A stretch of 64,000 nucleotides of DNA, taken from positions 26,846,001 through 26,910,000 of the forward strand of contig NC_082722.1 of assembly GCF_030144855.1 (NCBI RefSeq). Reading direction: 5' to 3'. Source of the DNA: Hypanus sabinus. Taxonomy: Eukaryota. Of this stretch, positions 52,562 to 64,000 are shown piece by piece. Numbering within the stretch: the first letter of the stretch is position 1; each line of letters opens with the position of its first letter. A program made the translations under genes and the position numbers. The notes beneath the pieces are model-generated. The model saw only the letters and a list, made by a program, of their open reading frames with translations. It ran no database searches and was not told the DNA's origin.

Positions 52562-54729
52562 GTAGGTGAAGCGAATCTACTTATTTAAGAGCGGAGTATT
52601 TGCATATCAAAGATATTATGAATCTATTTAATTCCATAACACTTTGGAACGCAGTAGGGGAAAATAGGATTCACTTTTCCTATCCGATCCTCATTTTCAA
52701 GTATATCTCTAAGATTTCTTCGAATGTTCCCGTTGAATCTGCTTCCTCTATCCTTTCATGTTTCCACATCAGTTCATAAGCGCTTGCATTGAAGGTGAAT
52801 AGTAACATTTGCTAATGGAAGTTAAGTTGTTCATCATTCTCGCATGGTGAACAATTAAATACAAATCTAAGACAGCGAGGAACTTCTAAATATCAGTTTA
52901 CGCGATATCAGTGTACTAGAAAATGGGGAAGTACAGTGAGTGCACAAATCAATTGATAATATATGTTACACATGAGCTGGCAGACAGCACACAAGGTACA
53001 ACTGTAACGAAGTCTTGTTTTGTTGAAATGGTCTTTGTAATATTACAGACAGTTTTAACCCCGATCAGCAACAAAGATCCACGCCGAAGTGCATAACCAG
53101 AATAAACGAAAGCCACTGGCCACATATTTGGAAGAGAAACACTTGACATTCCACATTGAAGACCCCTCCCCAGAAATCAACCTAAGCGTTAACTATTTCT
53201 CTTCGCAATGATGATTCCTGCTATACTAGTATTTTGTATGTTTTATTTGTTTTATTTCGGATTTCCAGCTCTTCACTGTTATTCACTTTCCCACCTGGTT
53301 TCTCTTAACAAGATAACGTGATTCATTAATAACATTGCCCATTTTAACGCATGATGTTCTAAATCTAAATAACGATATCTGGTGCGTCAGACCATAAGAC
53401 ATAGGAACAGAAATAGGCCATTCGGCCCATCGAGTCTGCTCCGCCATTCAATCGTGGGCTGATCCAATTCTTCTAGTCATCCCCACTCCGATGTCATCTC
53501 CAATGCCCTTTGATGTTCTGGTTAATCAAGAACCTATTTATATCTGTTTTAAATACACCCGATAACTTGGCCTGAAGAGCCACTCATGGCAACAAACTCT
53601 ACATATTTACCACCCTCTGACTAAAGTAATCTCTCCTCCTCTCTGTTCTAAATGGAATTCCTTCAATCCTGAATTTGTGCCCTGTTTTCTTAGATACCCC
53701 TAGCTTGGGAAATAACTGCGCCATATCTAATCTGTTTAGCCCTTTTAACATTCGGAATGTTTTGTTACGTACTCGTGACACATGACAGTGGAGCCCTTGT
53801 CATGTGACTGGGGTTGAAGCTGTACTGGACTTGAGGTGATGGTCTTGTGATGGTGGAATGATGTCATTTTCCCGCCAGTAGAGATCATGTGACAGGTTTT
53901 TTTTACAGGTTATAAAAGGTAGACCCCACCCGGTGAGGAGGGGCAGTTCGTGGCTGGATTTGCCAAGTTGACTTCATGCCATTGCGTGTTTGAAGTGATG
54001 ACGCAGTTTAGTTGAAGGATGAAGTTTTTATTTAATGTCTAAAGTTTAAAAGGTTATTGCCATCAGGTTCTTTATGATTCTGTTATTTCGGAATTAGAGG
54101 AGAGTGAAGATTCAAAGTTGGAAGTTAAAGATCGAGGAGAATCGCTTTCTACGGTGAAACGGGGGCGACCTTTGTTTGATCCTTAGTTGGAAGGATTTCG
54201 TTGACTATCTTCGTGTTAATCCCTAGGTTTAACTAGAAAGGATTGAAGGTAGTGGAGAAGGAAAGGTCAGTGCCTTTAAGCCGTTCTGTTTCGTGAATTC
54301 TTCGTGGGAAGTTCGATTTTTTGGATCGAAGCAAGCGACGTGAAAGAGAATTTAAATCGTCCTGTTAAGTCTCTCCTTTTAAATGGACTGTCAGCATATT
54401 GAACTTTTGGCAATACCACTTTAAAGAACTGTTTTGGAATATCACTTTACGAACTGTTTGAACAGCCGCTCAGCAGCTGTTTCCGGTTACGGTAGTGTTT
54501 GTTTACTTTTGGGGGGATTGTTTTCTGTGTTTAATAAACGTGTTGTTTGTTATAAGAAACTCTTGCCGATCTCATATATTTATTGTTGCCTGAATACGTA
54601 ACATTAAATATGGGGGCTGCGTCTGGATTGAAACTTTTGAGTTTGAATGCTTGCTAATTATTAAATCGGTGTTTTGGAAACGGGGATTACTCGGTTCTTT
54701 TGTTTGGCTTGTTGTGGTATTCGGCAGCA

Positions 54730-55832
54730 ATGAATATTGATGAGTTTCTGGCTTCGCCAGCTGCGGAGGTGTTGGCGAAGGCGAAAAAACTGAGGTGTTT
54801 GAGATAGCTAGTAGATTGCGACTTAAAGGTATTTTGCAGACTACTTCTAAGACTGTAATACAGAGAAAAATCGCGCCACACTATGTGGATTCGGGTGTTT
54901 TTGATGAATCGATTTTAGAGTCGTTTCAAATAAGTAATCTGGAGATGCAGTTGCAAATCGAACAAATGAAATTGGAACAAAGTAAAGCTGATTTGGAGAG
55001 GTGTAAATTGGAGGCGGAACAAAAGAAGAGAGAATTTGCATATGCAATAGAGGAATTAAAGTCTGGAAATCAGTCTTCTGGCTCTAAAAAAACGTTTGTT
55101 GCTAGTCAAGAAATTAAATTGGTCCCTCCATTTAGTGAAACAGAAGTGGAAAGGTATTTTCAACATTTTGAAGCTATTGCTCGGATGTCAGAGTGGCCGA
55201 AAGATAAATGGTCAGTGTTGTTACAGAGTGCAATTAAAGGCAAAGCACAACAAGTTTACACAGCTTTAACAGCTGCGCAAGCACTTGATTATGATATTGT
55301 AAAGAGTCATATTTTAAACGCATATGTGTTAGTCCCAGAAGCATATAGGGAAAGATTCAGAAGTTTGAAAAAGTCTGTGGAAAAAACTTATGTGGAATTT
55401 GCCTATGATAAAGCTATGTGTTTTGAGAGATGGGTTTCTTCTAAAAATGTAAATGGGGACAATGATACATTGAGAGAGCTGATTTTAATGGAGGAATTTA
55501 AAAGAAGCATTCCTGTTGAAGTAAGGACCTACTTAAATGAGAAGGATACTGACAAATTGGAGGACTGTGCTAGATTAGCTGATGAGTATGTTTTGATCCA
55601 TAAGAACAAATTTCCTCAGGGCAGAATTTTTAAGAGGAAAAATAACACGGAGACTCCAGGTAAATCGGAGGTTAATGAGAAAGTTGATGAGAAAGGAAAG
55701 CCTGTGAAGGAAAGACAGTTTGGTCTTACTTGTAACTATTGTAAGAAGCCTGGCCATGTAATAGCTAACTGTTTCAAATTGAAAAAAGAAAGAGAAGGAA
55801 GCAGTTCCAGATGCTTGTGTGCAACATACTGA
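54730..55832 (+). CDS. Gag (SCAN-like capsid C-terminal region, CCHC knuckle); frameshift near 54789
   Basis: LVPPFSE..VERYFQHFE, YRERFR, LILMEEFK, CNYCKKPGHVIANC. Confidence 0.85.
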
Positions 55833-58020
55833 AGCACCTGTAAAGTTACAGGGTTTGATAAAAACAAATGAGGCTTTGTTAGAGTCTGACCAAGTTAGAA
55901 AGGGATATGATCATTTTATAACTGAAGGGTTTGTATCCTTGAAGGAAGGATCTACTCTGGTGCCAATAAAAATCCTTAGGGATACTGGTGCTTCTCGGTC
56001 ATTGATGTTAGACAATGTGTTGAAGTTTAATGAAGAGTCTGATACTGGTGAGGTAAATTACATAAGAGGGGTTGGAAGTGATTTTATGCCTGTACATTTA
56101 CATAAAGTAAATTTAAAGTCGGGGTTAGTTACTGGATTTGTTAAAGTAGGATTACAGCATAGCTTACCTTTGAAGGGTATTTCTTTATTGTTATGGAATG
56201 ACTTGGCAGGTGGACAAGTTTTTCCTGAAGTGCATTTGACAATGGAGTCAGAGGAACCAGAGTTGAAATCTAACACAGATTCTTCCTGTGTTGTGACTAG
56301 AGCTATGGCTAAAAAGATTGATGCGCAGAATGAGGTTGTTATTCAGGACTGTTCGACTCAGGATTCGAGTTTTGAGGATGTGTCAGAGACTTTCTTATCT
56401 TCGTTGTTTGAACAAGATTCTGGGAGTAAGTTTGACTATAAAGATTTATCTTTGTCTAGGAAGGAGATGATAGCAGAGCAGAATAGAGACTCTGAGATTA
56501 TACAATTAAAAGAGCAGGCTTTACTAGATAGTGAAATTGAGAAGGTGCCAGTAGGATTTTACTTGGAAAAAGGAGTGTTGATGAGGAAGTGGAGATCGCC
56601 TACAATTCCTGCAAGTGAGGATTGGAATGTTGTTTACCAGGTAGTTTTTCCAAAAGCTTATCGGAATGAGATTTTGACTTTAGCTCATAGTGTGCCTTTA
56701 GGTGGACATCAAGGGGTAAGGAAAACTGTGGACAAGATTTTAAAACATTTTTACTGGCCTGGTCTCAGAAAAGATGTGGCGATGTTTTGTAAAACGTGCC
56801 ATACTTGTCAAATTGTGGGTAAACCAAATCAGGTTACAACAGTAGCTCCATTACAACCTATCCCAGCATTTGGTGAACCATTTTCTAAAGTTATTGTAGA
56901 TTGTGTTGGTCCATTACCAAAGACAAAAACTGGTTATCAGTATTTGTTGACTATCATGTGTACTTCTTCTAGGTTTCCAGAGGCAGTACCACTTAGGAAT
57001 ATAAAAGCTAAGACTGTGACAAAGGCCCTTATAATTTTTTTTTCTTATTTTGGATTACCTAAGGAGATACAAACTGATCAAGGCAGTAATTTTATGTCTG
57101 GATTGTTTCAACAGATAGTTTATAAATTGGGAGCTAAGCAAATCACTTCGTCTGCATACCATCCAGAATCGCAGGGTGCCTTGGAGAGGTTTCATTCTAC
57201 CCTCAAGAATATGATTAGGACATTTTGTGTGGAAAATGAAAGTGACTGGAATGAGGGTATAAACTTACTTTTATTTGCAGTAAGGGAATCGGTACAGGAA
57301 TCTTTAGGTTTTAGTCCATTTGAACTTGTGTTTGGGCATAGAGTTAGAGGACCTTTAGCTTTGTTGAAAGAACAGTGGATTAATAAGGAAGTACACACTA
57401 ATTTGTTGGACTATGTGTTGAAATCTAAGGACAGGTTACATAAAGCTTGTAGCTTAGCTAAGGAAAATTTAAAGTTGGCTCAGGAGAAAATGAAGACTTG
57501 GTATGATAAAGACGCTAGGATGAGGATGTTTAAGCCTGGAGATAAGGTGTTGGTACTTTTCCCAGTGCAGACAAATTCTTTACAAGCTAGATTTCATGGT
57601 CCTTATGAAATTGTGTCTAAAATCAATAATGTGGATTACGTGGTAAAAACTCCAGATCGTAGAAGGTCAACACAACTTTGCCATATAAATATGTTGAAAC
57701 CATATTTTGAGAAACAATCTGATACTGTGACTGTTGTGGTTAGTGAGAATGAGTTTGATTTAACTAGGAACATGATAGATGATTCATCTGACTTTCATTC
57801 TAAATCCAACATTGTTTCTGTTAGGTTACCAAATTCAACCATTCTGGAAAATATTGATGAAAAATTAGCACATTTACAGTTAGATCAGAGACAACAGATG
57901 AAGGAGTTGATTTCTAAATATAGGGAGTTGTTTCCAGATGTTCCGAGAAGGACTACTATAGCTTCACATGATGTAGATGTTGGGATGCCAAACCTATTAA
58001 ACAGCATCCATATAGGATGA
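55819..58020 (+). CDS. Pol part 1: protease plus integrase
   Basis: ILRDTGAS; HSVPLGGHQG...CHTC; DCVGPL, TDQGSNF, ESQGALERFH; FHGPY. Confidence 0.92.
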   Translation: MQHTEAPVKLQGLIKTNEALLESDQVRKGYDHFITEGFVSLKEGSTLVPIKILRDTGASRSLMLDNVLKFNEESDTGEVNYIRGVGSDFMPVHLHKVNLKSGLVTGFVKVGLQHSLPLKGISLLLWNDLAGGQVFPEVHLTMESEEPELKSNTDSSCVVTRAMAKKIDAQNEVVIQDCSTQDSSFEDVSETFLSSLFEQDSGSKFDYKDLSLSRKEMIAEQNRDSEIIQLKEQALLDSEIEKVPVGFYLEKGVLMRKWRSPTIPASEDWNVVYQVVFPKAYRNEILTLAHSVPLGGHQGVRKTVDKILKHFYWPGLRKDVAMFCKTCHTCQIVGKPNQVTTVAPLQPIPAFGEPFSKVIVDCVGPLPKTKTGYQYLLTIMCTSSRFPEAVPLRNIKAKTVTKALIIFFSYFGLPKEIQTDQGSNFMSGLFQQIVYKLGAKQITSSAYHPESQGALERFHSTLKNMIRTFCVENESDWNEGINLLLFAVRESVQESLGFSPFELVFGHRVRGPLALLKEQWINKEVHTNLLDYVLKSKDRLHKACSLAKENLKLAQEKMKTWYDKDARMRMFKPGDKVLVLFPVQTNSLQARFHGPYEIVSKINNVDYVVKTPDRRRSTQLCHINMLKPYFEKQSDTVTVVVSENEFDLTRNMIDDSSDFHSKSNIVSVRLPNSTILENIDEKLAHLQLDQRQQMKELISKYRELFPDVPRRTTIASHDVDVGMPNLLNSIHIG

Positions 58021-59249
58021 ACAAGGAAAAATGTGAACTTGCTGAGAAAGAAATTGAATATATGTTAGAGAATAATACCAATAGACATTCTAACTCGAAT
58101 TGGAGTTCGCCATGTGTTATGGTGCCAAAGCCAGATGGTAGTATTAGGTTTTGTACGGATTATAGGAAGGTGAATGCTGTAACGAAAACAGATGCATATC
58201 CAATTCCTAGAGTAGATGATTGTGTAGATAAAGTTGGAAAGGCAAAGTTCCTTACAAAGATTGATTTATTGAAAGGGTATTGGTGTGTTCCATTAACGGA
58301 CAGAGGTAGAGAGATTTCTGCATTTGTAACTCCATCTGGATTATATGAGTATAATGTTCTTCCATTTGGGATGAAGAATGCCCCAGGTACTTTCCAGAGG
58401 ATGATTAACTTTGTGATTCAGGGATTGAAAGATACTGATGCTTATATTGATGATTTAGTGACAGGAAATGATACTTGGGAAGCACACATTATTGCGATGG
58501 AGAAATTGTTTGAAAGGCTTTCAAAAGCTAACTTAACTATTAATTTAGCTAAGAGTGAATTTGGACATGCCACTGTGACTTACCTTGGTTATGTTGTGGG
58601 TCAAGGTAAGGTAGCTCCTGTTCAGGCAAAAGTTCAGGCAATTTTAGAGATTCCCACTCCAACGGGGAAAAAAGCTCTCAGAAGGTTTTTGGGAATGGTA
58701 GGATATTATCGGAGATTTTGTAAGAATTTTGCTAATGTTGCCCTTCCATTAACTAACCTTCTGCGGAAGAATGAGAAGTTTGTATGGACGGTGCCTTGTC
58801 AAGAAGCATTTGAAAAATTGAAAACAATGATATGTCAACAACCTGTGCTTAAGGCACCTGACTTTGGAAAACCTTTTTCATTGGCTGTGGATGCTAGTGA
58901 TGAGGCTGCAGGAGCAGTATTAATGCAAAGGAATAAGGGTGATGAGGTTGATCATCCAGTAGCTTACTTTTCTAAGAAATTTAATAAGCATCAAAGAAAT
59001 TATTCGACAATAGAGAAAGAATTGTTATCTCTTGTTTTAGCTTTGGAATATTTTGAGGTATATGTTAGTACAACTCAGAAACCACTTATTGTTTACACTG
59101 ATCATAACCCGTTAGTTTTTCTGAGTAAGATGAAAAACAAAAACAGAAGGTTATTAAATTGGAGTTTGATGTTACAAGAGTACAATATTGTGAAGACTCA
59201 TATTAAAGGTAAAGATAATGTGGTTGCTGATTGTCTATCTCGATGTTGA
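58017..59249 (+). CDS. Pol part 2: reverse transcriptase plus RNase H
   Basis: RFCTDYRKVN, LPFGMKNAP, AYIDD, LAVDASDE, YTDHNPL, NVVADCLSR. Confidence 0.92.
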   Translation: MNKEKCELAEKEIEYMLENNTNRHSNSNWSSPCVMVPKPDGSIRFCTDYRKVNAVTKTDAYPIPRVDDCVDKVGKAKFLTKIDLLKGYWCVPLTDRGREISAFVTPSGLYEYNVLPFGMKNAPGTFQRMINFVIQGLKDTDAYIDDLVTGNDTWEAHIIAMEKLFERLSKANLTINLAKSEFGHATVTYLGYVVGQGKVAPVQAKVQAILEIPTPTGKKALRRFLGMVGYYRRFCKNFANVALPLTNLLRKNEKFVWTVPCQEAFEKLKTMICQQPVLKAPDFGKPFSLAVDASDEAAGAVLMQRNKGDEVDHPVAYFSKKFNKHQRNYSTIEKELLSLVLALEYFEVYVSTTQKPLIVYTDHNPLVFLSKMKNKNRRLLNWSLMLQEYNIVKTHIKGKDNVVADCLSRC

Positions 59250-61803
59250 ATGTACACTGTAATTTTTTTTTATGGAGTGGTTTTATTTTTCAATTGTAAC
59301 ACTCCTACTATATTGTGACTTATAAGCTGTTATATGATGGTGTTGTGTATTGTGTATGTTATAAAATTTATACCTTTGTTTTTCTTGTAAGCAATTGTTA
59401 AAAATTTTTGTTCTTGTCAGACCAAAAATGTTTTTTTGGAGGGAGGTGTTACGTACTCGTGACACATGACAGTGGAGCCCTTGTCATGTGACTGGGGTTG
59501 AAGCTGTACTGGACTTGAGGTGATGGTCTTGTGATGGTGGAATGATGCCATTTTCCCGCCAGTAGAGACAGGTTTTTTTTACAGGTTATAAAAGGTAGAC
59601 CCCACCCGGTGAGGAGGGGCAGTTCGTGGCTGGATTTGCCAAGTTGACTTCATGCCACTGCGTGTTTGAAGTGATGACGCAGTTTAGTTGAAGGATGAAG
59701 TTTTTATTTAATGTCTAAAGTTTAAAAGGTCATTGCCAGCAGGTTCTTTATGATTCTGTTATTTCGCAATTAGAGGAGAGTGAAGATTCAAAGTTGGAAG
59801 TTGAAGATCGAGGAGAATCGCTTTCTACGGTGAAACGGGGGCGACCTTTGTTTGATCCTTATTTGGAAGGATTTCGTTGACTATCTTCGTGTTAATCCCT
59901 AGGTTTAACTAGAAAGGATTGAAGGTAGTGGAGAAGGAAAGGTCAGTGCCTTTAAGCCGTTCTGTTTCGTGAATTCTTCGTGGGAAGTTCGATGTCGGGG
60001 ATCGAAGCAAGCGACTTGAAAGAGAATTTAAATCGTCCTGTAAAGTCTCTCCTTTTAAATGGACTGTCAGCATATTGAACTTTTGGCAATACCACTTTAA
60101 AGAACTGTTTTGGAATACCACTTTACGAACTGTTTGAACAGCCGCTCAGCAGCTGTTTCCGGTTACGGTAATGTTTGTTTACTTTTGGGGGGTTTGTTTT
60201 CTGTGTTTAATAAACGTGTTGTTGGTTATAAGAAACCCTTGCCGATCTCATATATTTATTGTTGCCTGAATACGTAACAGTTTCTATAAGATCCTGCATT
60301 CTCCTGTACTCCAGAGAATATAGCCCAAGAGCTGCCAGACTTTCTTCATACGGTAACCCCTTCATTCCCGGAATCATTCCCGTGAATCTTCTCTGAAACC
60401 TCTCCACTGTCAGTACATCCGTTCTAAAACAAGGAACTCAAAACACCACACAATACTACAGGTAGGTTTCACGAGAACCTTATAGTTTCACGAGTACCTT
60501 ATAGAGCCTCAACATCACATCACTGCTCTTATATTCTGTTCCTCTAGAAATGAATGCCAACATTGCATTCGCGTTCTTCAGCACCGACTCAACCTGAAGG
60601 TTAACCTTCAGGAATCCTGCCCAAGGGCTCCCAAGTTCGTCTGCATCTTTGCATTTTTAATTCTCTCTCCATCTAAATAATAGTCTGCCCGTTTATTTCT
60701 TCCACGAAAGTGCATGACCACACACTTTCAAAATGTATATTTCAGTTACCACTTCTTTGCAGATTCCCGTGAACTATGTAAGTCTGTCTTCGGGCTCTCT
60801 GTTTCCTCAACATTACCCGCTCCTCCACCTATCTTTGTATCATTGGCTAATTTAGCCACTAGTCCATTAATCCAATAGTCCAAATCATTAACATGTATCG
60901 TTAAAAGCAGCGGCCCCTGTGAAACTTTAGAGCTAGCCAGCAGCCAGCCAGAATAGGATCTGCTTATTGTTACTCTGTTTTCTTTAGAACAGCCAATGTT
61001 CCACTCATTTAAGAAGCAATCTAAGTGCAAAGGAAGCGATTGCAGCAACTTTTCAATTCAACAAGATCATGTAGTCATGCAGCACTGACTTCATTATAGT
61101 AGAACTCCATTCAATCTTCTACCAGGGTTCGTGACTTTTCCAGAAATGTAGGGCTCTTTTTTAGAGAAATAACTAAGTTGCTGAAGTCTTCATGATTAAA
61201 CTTTTGCTATTGCTTTATTACTCCGAAATGTTATGCTGTTATGTGAGATGAAACAAAGAACATTTTAATATTTACTGTAACTAGTACGTCTATTTGCTCT
61301 GTATAATTTAAGTGATATAATACCGAATTGCGACAAACCTGTACTAAGAGAGCCTGAATAAACAAAGTGCCCGAGTTCATTCTATTAGTTGTGCGCTGTA
61401 CATGAGAACAATTTCCATGTCTATTTGGAACTGTGTTGGCAGGTGTGGCTGAGCAAACCCCTGTGTGCTCCATAAATGAAAAGTATGTTTACAATCAGAC
61501 AGAGATAATACAAATGCGCTTGCATTATGAGTTATCCAAATATTTATACCATAACTGCTACTTCAAGGATTTCTCTGCTCTCCTAACTTAATTTTGTTAA
61601 AGTTCATTTTAAGTAAAGAAATAAATGACTATAATGAAAACAAGAAGGGAAATCTTGAAGGAACGTTGACATCAAATTAGTATAAAGCAGTAACAATGTA
61701 AAGTTTATAACGTATGAGTACATCTCTAACTTATTTTACAATTGGTTGATTGAATTAGTCACTGGATGCTAGACGGACCACTGACCATGAACTACATTCA
61801 GAG

Positions 61804-61935
61804 ATTAAAGGAAATGGAGGTGGGAAACTGACTTTCGCCGCTCTGCAGTTCCCCAATTCCAACAACACCTCAGCATCCAAACAACAAGACAAGTATACAT
61901 TGTACGCAGATTTAAGCACAAAATCGAAGTCATGA
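61804..61935 (+). other. Paralogous terminal exon (copy B): ITIM Tyr replaced by Phe, distal TxYxxL retained
   Basis: Acceptor actacattcagag|, phase 0, 132 nt like 37931-38062. IKGNGGGKLTFAALQFPNSNNTSASKQQDKYTLYADLSTKSKS*, 24/43 aa identical to exon 6. Confidence 0.85.
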
Positions 61936-62682
61936 AGCTGCAGGCTGGAGCTATGGACTGTCAATGAGTGCAGACGCAGGGCATTGTTTCGTTTCTTTTT
62001 TTTTGCATCTATACAAAAATTGATCACAGATAACGCATGTGTAAATTTGGAAAGTTACTGGTTAATTTGGTTTTCAAAGTTTTTTGGATTTATTCGAGGC
62101 AATTATGACAAAAAAATCAAAGATTGAAAATTAAGAATAAGAACTGTAATAAGCTATTCCGCGCCTCACTAATGTCTAGCCATTCACAGTTGTAATGTCT
62201 AATAAGCTCAGTCTTCTGCTGCATTCCACAGTCCTCGATTTTTTAAATAAATCAAAAGTTATTTCTTAAAAACAAGATAAATTCGGCAGATCCTGTAAAT
62301 CCAATCAATAGGTATTTACTCCCGCTTAAATAGGTCCCAATAATTTTGGCTCTACAGATCTCAGATGATAACTATAAAAATCCAGAGATTCGCCACCATC
62401 GGCGAGATTCTTTTTAGGCAGGGAAAATCCACCGAATAAAAGCTATTTTGCACACTTAAGTCAACGTTCAACCGAGGGAAATAGAAATCGCTCGATTTTG
62501 TTGAACATTCGCAACTTGTCCTCGTGATAACATTCCTCTGCTTTAATTTTGATAAGTAAAAGTCGTATGATGAAAGTTAACCTAAACCGTCTGTTCAGCT
62601 AATCACTACTCTTGATTTTCATATTCATTCACGACTTAATGCACATGATTAGTTGTAAAATACAACTGCAGTATCACATGGT

Positions 62683-63009
62683 CGTAACAGAAATGTCAGC
62701 GCAGCGAACAGGCAAGAAAATCCATCCCTACCTATGTTCCTGCCGCTCCTTCTCTCTTTAACTCCCTCACGCTTTCACCCCAAAAGCCGACGCAGCACTA
62801 GCTTACAGACTCACGAGGAAGAATAACATCTATCCCAATTGGTTAACAAATGAACACAATTCTCGTTATCAGCAATTATAACCCGAACAAGCTGCGGGAG
62901 GAAACAATCTCTCACGAGTTATCATAACAAAGAAACATTTTTATTTTAACATAACAAAGAAACCATTTTATTAGCCGTAGCTGTAATATAAAAGAAGAAA
63001 CCCCTTACA
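62683..63009 (-). mobile_element. Short solo-LTR-like element
   Basis: Minus strand begins TGTAAGGGG and ends CTGTTACG. No TSD found. Confidence 0.4.
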
Positions 63010-63944
63010 AGTATATTTGCAAAAATCAAAATCTCAGGCGAGAAATAGAATATGCAATTAGGGGATCAGGAATGATGTGAATATTACCTCGTGCACGGTT
63101 ATATCAGCGTGATCGAACGACAAATTTAGTAAGGTTATTCAAAAGGCTCTGTGAGTTGAGAGTATGATCTAACTGATTCCGGCTGAGAATATTAAGAGGT
63201 AGTTTCCTTCGGCCAGAGGTAATTCCTTGTCGTGATAAGAGTCCGTACTCAGCGATTTCTTCACTGAGAGGCTGGTACATCTTCCTAATGTTTACACCCT
63301 AATATTGGACATGTGTATTCATTGGAAACATCCGAGACAGACGTCATTATATTTCATACCAGTTGAGAATCGAAGCATCTGAACTGTACAGGAAAGTGAG
63401 AGAAGATCCAGCATAATTTTGAAGTTGGTCAATTTTATAAATAGTCAAATGGTATTTATGATTCAAATATTCATAAATGATATTTAGGTACACCCATTGT
63501 TCCATTCTCTGCTCTTTTCTTTAACTACTTGCGCAGTTCTACGCCTGTAGTGACCTTTGCACTTAAAGCTGGAATTCTCTCTGCAAGTGTCTTTGTTTCA
63601 TTACTTAATCTAAGTTTGCTTGCTGATCTCTCCGGTTTTCATCAAGGACCCAGTCACTTCTTCTCATATATGGTTCGGATTGTGCTTTTTAATATTCTGT
63701 TAATGCATCTTGTGTTTCTTATGAAAGTAAAACGTCATTTTACCTAGTTTGCTAATGGAATCTGTTGAGAGAGTTTTTGAGTGACAGTTCAGAAACAGAA
63801 ACCATGCTATTTCGAAGCTGTGATCAAACTCTTTGCAAAGACATCGTAAAAAGAAATTCTCTTTTCTTTTTCCAAATAAAACATACTCACTGTAAAGAAC
63901 AAAATCACAAACAAGAGAATATCTGTAGCGGCTGGAACTCCAAG

Positions 63945-63947
<3 letters not shown>

Positions 63948-64000
<53 letters not shown>
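63948..64000. repeat. (CA)n microsatellite running off the window end
   Basis: Directly visible perfect dinucleotide run. Confidence 0.99.

Larger units (their letters stand above)
53763..60279 (+). mobile_element. Near-intact Gmr1-type Gypsy LTR retrotransposon (PR-INT-RT-RH order)
   Basis: LTRs 53763-54603 and 59447-60279 (TGTTAC...GTAACA), 4-bp TSD GTTT, tRNA-Pro-like PBS TGGGGGCT at 54611, PPT GGAGGGAGG before 59447. Confidence 0.96.
53390..61010 (-). mobile_element. CR1 fragment split by the Gmr1-type Gypsy (53390-53762 plus 60280-61010)
   Basis: The flanks rejoin as AACATTCGGAATGTTTCTATAAGATCC and continue the CR1 RT antisense sequence (LAKLANDTKIGG). Confidence 0.8.
43713..62683 (+). 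repeat. Segmental duplication, copy B (lacks the equivalent of ~27650-34990; expanded by two Gypsy elements)
   Basis: Same anchors as copy A. No leader, V, C1 or TM homology found between 51590 and 52256. Confidence 0.82.

Noticed and set aside
63529-63747. Hydrophobic 72-aa ORF behind a strong acceptor
   Set aside because: No similarity to the receptor exons and the phase is incompatible; cannot be supported within this window.

Overview
Repeat-rich vertebrate genomic DNA, most likely from a cartilaginous fish (inferred from the CR1, L1, Penelope and tRNA-SINE repeat complement). The main non-repeat feature is a six-exon gene on the + strand (28115-38062, 311 aa when spliced by hand) that the ORF track only shows in pieces. 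It encodes a leader, a compact germline-joined VJ-type Ig domain, one C1-set Ig domain, an uncharged TM helix and a tail carrying an ITIM (LTYAAL) and an ITSM (TLYADV). This is a non-rearranging, antigen-receptor-like inhibitory receptor. It sits in a small tandem family. A downstream segmental duplicate (about 43.7-62.7 kb) has lost leader/V/C1/TM but keeps both tail exons open and spliceable, with the ITIM Tyr changed to Phe. An upstream divergent relic (7123-9501) has a polar TM-like exon and a tail that stops early. The rest is transposons: a twin-primed, 5'-inverted L1 with a 15-bp TSD, a second L1 fragment, a near-intact Gmr1-type Gypsy (integrase before RT), a decayed chromoviral Gypsy, solo LTRs, and CR1, Rex1/Babar, Penelope, SINE and DNA-transposon remnants. 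All alignments were done by eye and no database searches were run. Repeat boundaries are approximate unless a TSD or terminus is quoted.
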